DNA from: Actinomycetota bacterium
Lineage (GTDB): Bacteria; Actinomycetota; Geothermincolia; Geothermincolales; RBG-13-55-18
Direction: 5' to 3'
NCBI GenBank assembly: GCA_030019255.1
Contig: JASEFK010000006.1
Location: 154,553-218,552 of the forward strand
DNA length: 64,000 bases
Both the position numbers and the translations under genes were made by a program. Of the stretch, positions 56,361 through 64,000 are shown in pieces (position 1 is the first letter of the stretch; each line of letters begins with the position of its first letter). Under the pieces are notes generated by a model that worked only from the letters and a program-made list of their open reading frames with translations, was not told the origin of the DNA and did no database searches.

Positions 56361-58745
56361 TCAGCGGCCGGTATAGGCCTCGGCGAAGTACCACGCGGGC
56401 CTACCGCCGTTCACTCCCGGGGAGACGTGACCCCCGCGAATGGCCTCCCTCCCATCCCCTCCCCTTCCCATGTCGAAGTACATGGCCCTCTCCGCCACCA
56501 CCGGCCGGTCCGAGGAGATGATGACGGCCACCTGCGCGGGGGTGCCCAGGGAGGAGAGCTCGGCGTTGACGTTCAGGCTCAGCCTCTGTTCCCCCTTCAG
56601 TCGGTAGACAGCTTCCCGGGTCCCTTCACCGGGGCCCAGGAGGTAGGTGACCTTCAGCAGAGTCTCGTCCTTTCCGGGATTCATGACCAGAAGGTATTCC
56701 TGGATTCCGGGATAGGCGGAACCCTCGGCGAAATACCAGGTATTGGAAGGTGTCGGCGTGCCGGGAGCCACGTGCCCGTCGTCCCACAAACCGTTAAACA
56801 CGAAGTACATGGCCCGCTCGCAGGCTATGGGCCTGTCCGCCCGGATAACCGCGGAGACGTCCGAGGCAACGGTACCCTCCAGGCATCGGTTGACCATCAG
56901 GGTGGCACGCCCACGGGCGGGAATCTCCACGCGCCACGGCCCTATCTTGCCCCCCGGGGTGACAAGGTGGACGTCGGCCAGGGCCCGCTCCTCCCCCGGG
57001 TTGGCCAGGCACAGCCACTCCTCGAAATCCTGGCTCACGTGGCCTTCCGCGAAATACCAGGTGTCGGAGAGCGAGGTCAGCCCGGCTTTCGTGTGTCCTC
57101 CGTCGGCGACGAAGGACCCCTTCACGGCCCGGTATTGGAAATACATGGAACGCTCGGCCACCACCGGCGTGTCGGCCTCCAGGACCGCGGAAACCTCGCC
57201 CTGAAGATAGCTGTTGACCAGGAAGGTGCGGCGCGAGCAGGCGGGAAGGATATATTCATGGGAAAGGATGCTGCCATGATTTCCCATCAAGGTGAGCTTC
57301 AACCTCGCCTCCCGGGAATTGAAGTTTGCCACGCAGAGATATTCGTGGAAGGGCAGGCCGTCGGATGTGTAACCCTCGGCGAAATACCAGGTATCGTCGG
57401 GCTCCGGGGTCCCGAAGGAATCCGAGCCCCCGTCCATCCATCCGGCGTAACGGAAATACATGGGTCGCTCGGCGAGCAGGGGTGTCCCGTCCACCGATTC
57501 CACCCGCACGGCGAGGTTCTTGTTCCTGAGGTAACGGTTGGCGTTGCAGTCCAGGGTTATCCGGGAGAGACCGGGAACCTCCCGGTACACGGTGAGGTAT
57601 TCGCTCTTCTCGTCCAGGAAGGTGATCCTGGCCCAGGTGCCTGCGGGCTCCGGGTTGGCGATGCAGAGGAAGGGAAAGAAGCCATAGGAGGTATCCTCGG
57701 CCATGAAGATGTCCCGGCTGTCATGGGGGAAACAGGGCTCCCCCAGGTCGGTATTGTCCCCGTCGCCGTTCCTGTCCCCCGGCACCCGGCCGAATATCCA
57801 GGAGGGAGTGGCCTGGGGATTGCCGGCCCAGGCCGCCTGCCCCCATACCTGCGTGTTGCTGGAACCCGGCATGCGGTTCTTGCGGTATACGCAACCTGCA
57901 GAACCGAGGTAATAATGGGGCCCGGTGAGCAGCCGGTACCCGCTCCCGGCCGCGTAGTCCGCGGAGAGGTCGGGGACGGTCACCTGCCCCACCGGTCGAG
58001 AGTGTTCCCGGAAGATGCTCTTCAGGTAGGAGGGAGTGAAGTTGTAGCTGGCGGAAGCGGTGTAGGAGACTATTCCGGTCCGGGGTTGAAGGAAGGTATA
58101 GGAATACTCGTTTATCCTCCTGGCAACCTCCGCGTCAGGGAGCAGGGGAGCCCCGTTCTGCATGTCCGCGACCTCCAGCCCCGCCGCATAACAGGTGTGC
58201 CGGAGGATGACCATGGCCCGGGGAGCCAGGTTGATGTCCTTTTGCCAGTGGGAGCGGAGGTCCCCGAACTCCACGGTCTCGTAATATCCCTCCTCGGTAT
58301 CCGTCCTACCCACCCAGGCGGGGTCCTGGGGGAGACAGAAGGCCCAACGGGAGGCATCCCCGTGCCCGTAGTAGATGAGCAGCTGGTAAAGGTTGTCCTC
58401 CAGGTGGCGGTGCAGCCGGTAATGAGGACAGGAGGACACGGTGCCGTCAGGGTTATAGGTATCCAGCAGGGAGACCTGGAAGCCGAACTCCTCCAGGGTG
58501 TCCACCGTCTCCTGAAGTTCGCTTTCCGCGGCCTGGCGCAGCGGGTCCCCGGCCGAGAAGGCCATGACCAGTAGGGCCTGGAGAGATTCCTCCGCCCGGG
58601 GGGAAGGCGAAAACGGGGGCAAGGCGAGGAAGAAGGCCAGCCAGAGGACCACGGCCAATACCCGGCCCGCCGACTTTACTTTCAAGCTTCCGCCACTCCT
58701 CAACTCCTCACCCTTCCCCTCTTCACCCACCGGAATCGCGGACAA
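56361..58745 (-). CDS. Secreted protein with WYFAEG / ERxMYF (DUF5719-like) repeats
   Basis: Signal-like N-terminus; four ERxMYF and four WYFAE[G/A] motifs. Confidence 0.85.
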   Translation of the reverse strand: MSAIPVGEEGKGEELRSGGSLKVKSAGRVLAVVLWLAFFLALPPFSPSPRAEESLQALLVMAFSAGDPLRQAAESELQETVDTLEEFGFQVSLLDTYNPDGTVSSCPHYRLHRHLEDNLYQLLIYYGHGDASRWAFCLPQDPAWVGRTDTEEGYYETVEFGDLRSHWQKDINLAPRAMVILRHTCYAAGLEVADMQNGAPLLPDAEVARRINEYSYTFLQPRTGIVSYTASASYNFTPSYLKSIFREHSRPVGQVTVPDLSADYAAGSGYRLLTGPHYYLGSAGCVYRKNRMPGSSNTQVWGQAAWAGNPQATPSWIFGRVPGDRNGDGDNTDLGEPCFPHDSRDIFMAEDTSYGFFPFLCIANPEPAGTWARITFLDEKSEYLTVYREVPGLSRITLDCNANRYLRNKNLAVRVESVDGTPLLAERPMYFRYAGWMDGGSDSFGTPEPDDTWYFAEGYTSDGLPFHEYLCVANFNSREARLKLTLMGNHGSILSHEYILPACSRRTFLVNSYLQGEVSAVLEADTPVVAERSMYFQYRAVKGSFVADGGHTKAGLTSLSDTWYFAEGHVSQDFEEWLCLANPGEERALADVHLVTPGGKIGPWRVEIPARGRATLMVNRCLEGTVASDVSAVIRADRPIACERAMYFVFNGLWDDGHVAPGTPTPSNTWYFAEGSAYPGIQEYLLVMNPGKDETLLKVTYLLGPGEGTREAVYRLKGEQRLSLNVNAELSSLGTPAQVAVIISSDRPVVAERAMYFDMGRGGDGREAIRGGHVSPGVNGGRPAWYFAEAYTGR

Positions 58746-59532
58746 TCCGCCAACGCACCCGAATCGCTTATCCCGGGCAGGGGTCCCCGGCTCGCTCGAC
58801 CTCGTCTTTCAATAAACCCTCTCTCGTCTACTACCACCCCTGGAAAGAACCCTGCCGCTACCTTCCCATCCCCATCCCGGTAACCAGTCCCGGCCCTTCC
58901 GTACTTTCCTATCCACGATCCTCATTCGTCCAACACCGGCCTTTAAAACATTTTCATCTTCGCCTTCCGGCATCCGACCCCCTGCCGGGCGTCCCCTCCC
59001 CACCGCGGAGGATGCCGTGCCTGATTCCATCCCCTCTCCCGCGAGCTGCATACGAAGCGGAGGCGATACCGCCTTTCCCCTGCTCCCGGACGATACCCGA
59101 TACAAGTGCGGCCTCTTCCTCTCTCCCGAAAAAGCTCCAGGGTGGATCCCAACCCCATGGTCGTGTTCCCATAACCCTATCCCCGATCCTTTATCCGGAG
59201 GTTGACCGTTTTCAACCCCTCCGGCCATAACACCATCCTTTCTGTAAATCCTTCTCTACCTTACCGACCTCCTCCTTGCCCCTCCATCCAGACACTTTCC
59301 GTGATCAGCGCCACGCCTTCCTTGATCGCTCCCCCGCCTCCAGGGCCCCTCCCCGCCAGGTCGAGGAGTGGTGTTGCCCGCTCCTGGCCTCTACTGGCCC
59401 ATCCCTGCCTCTCCCATGTGACGAACATGTTACCGCCAAATGTATATCCTGTTACGATTCCACCGCAGGCATAAACATACAAGACAAGAACAACGATATT
59501 ATTCATGAGCCTAGCGGTTGAAGGAGTGAGGG

Positions 59533-59754
59533 ATGCAAAACAGGGAAACGAAGGGATTCTTCTTCAACAAGGTGCTGAAGCGTCCGGTGATCCTGCGCAC
59601 GTTGCTGCGGGGGCTCAGCCACCACCGGGAGGAGAAGGGCGAAGGAGACGAAGAAAGGGCCGACCTTCCCTCTCCTCCCGGTTTGCCTTTCCAGCGGCTA
59701 AAGGGAGATCCTTCGCGGGGCGACCAGACCCTGAAGAAGATATGTGGCCTCTGA
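59533..59754 (+). CDS. Possible small hypothetical protein
   Basis: AAGGAG upstream of the ATG in an otherwise empty region; no recognisable motif. Confidence 0.3.
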   Translation: MQNRETKGFFFNKVLKRPVILRTLLRGLSHHREEKGEGDEERADLPSPPGLPFQRLKGDPSRGDQTLKKICGL

Positions 59755-59821
59755 GCCTCCGGGGCACCGGCCCGGTGGTGAAGGATTCGCTTCCACCCTG
59801 CTTGCCCTCCCCTTTTCCGCC

Positions 59822-60991
59822 CTAAAGCGAAGGGGTGGTGGTATACAGGCAGAGGATGCCCTCTTGGTGGTTGACCTCCGCCCGGGTGGGTTCGCCCCCC
59901 AGCACGCGCAGCAGCAACTCGCGGAGTTCCCGGGCTACCTCTCGCAGGGACCTCCCCTCCAGGACCGTGCCGGCGTTGACGTCCATGTCGTCACGCATGG
60001 CCTCGTAGAGACGGGTGTTGCTGGCCACCTTGATGACCGGGACGGCGGGAAATCCGATGGGGTTGCCCCGGCCGGTGGTGAAGATGATGACCTGGCATCC
60101 CGCCGCCGCCAACCCGGTCATGGATTCCACGTCATACCCCGGGCCGTCCATGATCACTAGCCCCCGCCTGCCGGGAGGGCAGGCGTAGTCCACCACCTCC
60201 GTGACGGGGGAATCGCCTCCCTTGAGGATGCAACCCAGGGATTTCTCCCGGATGGAGCTCATGCCGCCGTCCATGTTCCCGGGAGCTATGGCCAGGTTGG
60301 CGAAGGGGCCCAGTATCTCCCGCGTCCTCCGCTCCGCGGCCTCGATGCGTTCCCTCACCACCCTCCCGGTTTCGGGGTCCACGGCGCGACGCTCCAGGAT
60401 GTGGGCGGTCCCGATCATCTCCGTGGTCTCGGTTAGGACAACCGTTCCGCCCTTTTCCACCAGCCAGTCGGCCACCAGGCCCACGGAGGGGTTGGCGGTG
60501 ATGCCGGAGAAGGCGTCCGAACCCCCGCACTCTAGTCCCAGGACCACCTCGCTCAGGGGGATCTCCTCCCGCTCCACTCTGGCCGCCTCGTTCCATAAAG
60601 CCTGTGCCAGTTCCACCCCCCGCCGCGCTGCCTTGCGTGAACCTCCCACTTCCTGGATCTCCAGGTATTCCACCCTCTTGCCGGACGCCGCTATGTTTTC
60701 CGCCAGGTAGGGGGCGCGGAGGGCCTCGCAGCCCAGCCCCACCAGGAGCAGCCCGTAGATATTGGGGTTACGCCCCAGGTTGGTTAGGGTGCGGTAGTGC
60801 AGTCCCAGGTCCTCTCCTCCCCTGCCGCAACCGTGCCCGTGGAGCATGGCCACCGCGCCCGGCACCCGGGCCGCGATGGCGGAGGCCACGCCGTTGGCGC
60901 AGGCCACGGAGGGGAGGACGGCCACGTGATTTCTCACTCCCACCCTCCCGTCCGGGCGGCGATACCCGAGAAAGGTGTCTTTCCCGCTCAT
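59822..60991 (-). CDS. UxaA/GarD family dehydratase, large subunit
   Basis: GYRRPDGRVGVRN, HGHGC, GLGCE, LECGGSD..SGITANP, GNMDGG..EKSLG, FTTGRG. Confidence 0.93.
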   Translation of the reverse strand: MSGKDTFLGYRRPDGRVGVRNHVAVLPSVACANGVASAIAARVPGAVAMLHGHGCGRGGEDLGLHYRTLTNLGRNPNIYGLLLVGLGCEALRAPYLAENIAASGKRVEYLEIQEVGGSRKAARRGVELAQALWNEAARVEREEIPLSEVVLGLECGGSDAFSGITANPSVGLVADWLVEKGGTVVLTETTEMIGTAHILERRAVDPETGRVVRERIEAAERRTREILGPFANLAIAPGNMDGGMSSIREKSLGCILKGGDSPVTEVVDYACPPGRRGLVIMDGPGYDVESMTGLAAAGCQVIIFTTGRGNPIGFPAVPVIKVASNTRLYEAMRDDMDVNAGTVLEGRSLREVARELRELLLRVLGGEPTRAEVNHQEGILCLYTTTPSL

Positions 60992-60996
60992 CTACC

Positions 60997-61260
60997 TCAC
61001 TCCTCCAGGACCAGGTTGTGGGTGTGCACCCACGATCCGCGGGCGATGTTCTCGGCGGCCCTCCCGATGATCTCCCCGTACTTGATGACCTCCGTCCCCT
61101 TGGGAATATCTACCAGGGCCACCTTGTGGCTGCAGGGGATGTCCTCAATCGCCTGCAGACTCTCGCCTCCGGCAAGTCTCACCGTGCCTCCCCTGGGGAC
61201 GTCCTTCAGGACTACCGCTACGTTGTCCCGGGGATTGATGACCAGGGCGTTGACTTCCAT
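60997..61260 (-). CDS. UxaA family SAF-domain small subunit
   Basis: DNVAV..IPCSHKVAL..VIKYGEIIG..VHTHN. Confidence 0.92.
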   Translation of the reverse strand: MEVNALVINPRDNVAVVLKDVPRGGTVRLAGGESLQAIEDIPCSHKVALVDIPKGTEVIKYGEIIGRAAENIARGSWVHTHNLVLEE

Positions 61261-61443
61261 CCTTCCCGCCTCCTTAATGACCTCCTCCTTCCCATCGAGC
61301 CCCCTTCTTCCGCTCCCCGTCGAACCACGCGTCGGGGCCACGCCGGTCCCCATCCCCTTGAGCAGGTTCAGCCCCCTCCGCCCGCTCCACCCCCGCTTCA
61401 CCCACGGACTCACGACGCTTGCCAGGCGCGCCCCCGATACGCC

Positions 61444-62532
61444 TCACTCCCAGCGGAAGAACCTTACCGCGGCCAGGAAGGCCGCTACCCCCACGCCCAC
61501 CAGGACCACCACGTCTACCCAGATATCGGCCAGGTGGGCGGCGTCTATCATCACCCCCCGCAGGCCGTCACCCAGGTAATAGAGGGGGAGGCACCGGGCG
61601 ATGACCCTCACCGGCACCGGGACCCACTCCAGGGAGAAGAAGATACCGGACAGGAACATCATGGGCAGGCCGATGGCCTGCGCGGCCAGTCCTGCGCTCC
61701 GCGAGTTGCGGGTCAGGGAAGCGATGAGGAATCCCACGGCCAGGAAGGAAAGGGAGCCGAGGAGAACCAGCAGGGCCATGCCCAGGTAATTGCCCTGCAG
61801 CTTCATCCCGAAGGCCAGCACGCCGAAGGCCACCAGCACCACTGCCTGGAGGATGGAGAAGAGCAGAACTGAAACGATGCCGCCGGCCAGGAAGGTGGAC
61901 AGCGGTAGGGGAGAGACCCTGATCCTCCTCAGTATCCCCTTCTCCCGGTAAGTTGCAATCTCCAGCGAGTAACCGGTGAGGCCGGAGAACATGATGACCA
62001 TGGCCAGGATGCCAGGGATCATGAAGTCGATGTACTCGAAGTCCTTGGTACCGCCGGCTTCCTCCTCCCTCACGGCGATAACCTCCGGGGCCCCGGTCAT
62101 CGCCTGCCCCACCTTCTCCAGTATTCCCCTGAGGGTGGAGGAGGTGACCTGGGCAGTGGTCATCTCCGAGCGGTTGACCAGCATCACCACCTCGCCGGTC
62201 CGGCCCGCGGACACCCGGTCGCCGAAGCCCTCGGGGATGATGAGGATGGCGTTTCTCTTCCCCTCCCGGAGGGCCTCGCGCTCCACCCCCTCCTCCCCCA
62301 CCTCCACCTTCAGGGCATCGATACCCTCGAAGGCCTCCACCACCGCGCGGCTGACGGGGGAGCCGTCAATATCCACCAGCCCCACGCTGAGCCTTATCTC
62401 CCCCGAGCCGCCGAAGACCAGCCCGAGTATGGCCATGAGTAGGATAGGGAAGAGCAGGAGCCAGAACACGGCCTCCCGCTGGCGCAGGGTCATCTTCAGG
62501 TCGTAGATGACGACTTTCAGGAAAGCCCTCAT
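61444..62532 (-). CDS. ABC-2 type exporter permease
   Basis: FWLLLFP, extracytoplasmic loop, FMIPGI, REKGILRR..SP, FLSGIFF; ATG overlaps the upstream stop. Confidence 0.92.
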   Translation of the reverse strand: MRAFLKVVIYDLKMTLRQREAVFWLLLFPILLMAILGLVFGGSGEIRLSVGLVDIDGSPVSRAVVEAFEGIDALKVEVGEEGVEREALREGKRNAILIIPEGFGDRVSAGRTGEVVMLVNRSEMTTAQVTSSTLRGILEKVGQAMTGAPEVIAVREEEAGGTKDFEYIDFMIPGILAMVIMFSGLTGYSLEIATYREKGILRRIRVSPLPLSTFLAGGIVSVLLFSILQAVVLVAFGVLAFGMKLQGNYLGMALLVLLGSLSFLAVGFLIASLTRNSRSAGLAAQAIGLPMMFLSGIFFSLEWVPVPVRVIARCLPLYYLGDGLRGVMIDAAHLADIWVDVVVLVGVGVAAFLAAVRFFRWE

Positions 62533-63444
62533 GAACGGATGGTCCTCCCCGTGAGCTTGAGAAAGACGTCCTCCAGGGAGGCCCGCCTCATGTTCACCTC
62601 GTGGGCCTCCACGCCCTCCTCTCGACAGAGGGCCATGATCTCCATGAGCGCCTCTTGGGGCCGAGTGGTGATCACCTTGTAGTTGCCTTCGTCCACGCTG
62701 GCCATCACCACCCCCGCCAGTCCCGCCAGCCTCTCCACCTCGAGAGGGGGAAGGAGACGAAAGCTGATGTTGCTCTCCGGCACGTGCTCTGATACCAGGT
62801 CGCGGGGAACCCCCTGGGCGATTATCCTGCCGTGGTCCATGATGGCCACCCGGTCGCAGAGCGCCTCGGCCTCCTCTATGTAGTGGGTGGTGATGACCAC
62901 CGTCTTTCCCCGCTCCCTGAGGTGTCCCACCATCTCCCATATGTGCCTCCTAGCCTGGGGATCCAGGCCGGTGGTAGGTTCGTCCAGGAATACCAGGCGG
63001 GGGTCGTTAACCAGGGCCAGGGCGATGGACAGGCGCTTGTGCTGCCCCCCCGGAGAGGGTGTTCACCCTCGACTTCGCCTTCTCCCGCAGCTCCGCCAGC
63101 TCCAGGAGCGCCCAGGGAGAAAGGGACCGGGTGTAAAAGGAAGCGAAGAGGTCCAGGGTTTCCCACACCGTGAGTTCCTCGAAAAATACCGTGGTTTGGA
63201 GCTGGACCCCGATCGACTCCCGTATCTTCCTCTGCTCCCGGCGGGCATCGAGTCCCAGAACGGAGATCTCCCCCGCGTCCGGGTCCCGCAGGGTCTCTAT
63301 CATCTCCAGGGTGGTGGTCTTACCGGCTCCGTTGGGCCCCAGTATCCCGAATACCTCTCCTTCCTCTATATCCAGGTCCACGCCGTCCACGGCGCGCACG
63401 TCCCCATAATATTTCTTCAAACCTCGCACGCTGACGGCTAGCAT
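62529..63444 (-). pseudogene. ABC exporter ATPase with +1 frameshift in a G7 run (may be a sequencing error)
   Basis: GPNGAGKTT in one frame; removing one base from the run at 63045-63051 restores LSGGQHKRLSIALALVNDPRLVFLDEPTTGLDP and joins the TTHY fragment. Confidence 0.8.
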
Positions 63445-64000
63445 CCTCAACCTCCAGGAGCCGAAGACGATGTAAAACTTGGTGCGACCTCCTTCCGCCT
63501 ACCCGGACGATCCGTGGAACTCACGCCCATAATACCCTGCCTTGCCCTTCTGGGATCCAGGAAGGACCGTTTTTTTACCCCCATTACCGGTCCTCCTTAG
63601 AAGGAGGTCGCCTGGGGATCCCGGGCCGCCGATACGGTAATGCGCATCTATCATTAGTTTAAGGGATCCGCGTTCAGGGATGAGGAGAGCAAGATGCTAT
63701 TTCCTTATCCCCGAAGAATGCTTTCCGTTCCCCCAGGAGCTCGTGGGAGAAGGGAAAACCACGGCACCCTCGCCCGCACAGGCTGGACCACGCGGCGCCT
63801 CATCCCGGTCCAGGAGCTGAATCTTGCGGCATCCACTCTTCAGATGTCGGTGGGACGAGCTGGCGAACCAGGACCCGTGGGGGCAGGAGCCCATTTACCC
63901 TCCCGGTAGTAAAAAGGAAGGCCTTTGCGCAAGCTTCGCCCTTTCCGCTCGGAATCAGGCAAAACGCGATACAGCCCTTCCTCGCTAGCTCCTTCGTTCG

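Noticed and set aside
63694..63909. 71-aa ORF with an upstream AGGAG
   Set aside because: No motif and weak coding signal; cannot be supported

Overview
High-GC bacterial DNA, probably from an anaerobic Actinomycetota such as Geothermincolia (inferred from a WYFAEG-repeat surface protein and a CxxCGVP tandem-domain family; not proven). The main feature is a ~22 kb island (6.8-28.2 kb) for anaerobic hydrocarbon activation by fumarate addition. It encodes an alkylsuccinate-synthase-type glycyl radical enzyme (AssA/MasD), AssB- and AssC-like small subunits, three MasE-like CxxC-x25-CxxC paralogues (one missed by the ORF track) and two tandem activases. It also holds an acyl-CoA ligase, an MmgE/PrpD protein, a crotonase that looks like a decarboxylase, a divergent split B12 acyl-CoA mutase with a radical-SAM/PDZ/DUF512 gene between its subunits, and birA-bioY-pyruvate carboxylase. 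A 21-bp pseudo-palindrome (AAGTTYA-N7-TRAACTT) recurs upstream of each transcription unit of the island and of two putative sensor-domain genes, suggesting one regulon. The rest is mixed metabolism: GMC oxidase, arsM with an AbrB-like partner, two ABC exporters, flavin/Fe-S oxidoreductases, AddAB and a split UxaA. Three genes are disrupted. No rRNA, tRNA, CRISPR array or transposase was recognised. Family assignments come from motif recognition and recalled homologues; no database search was run.
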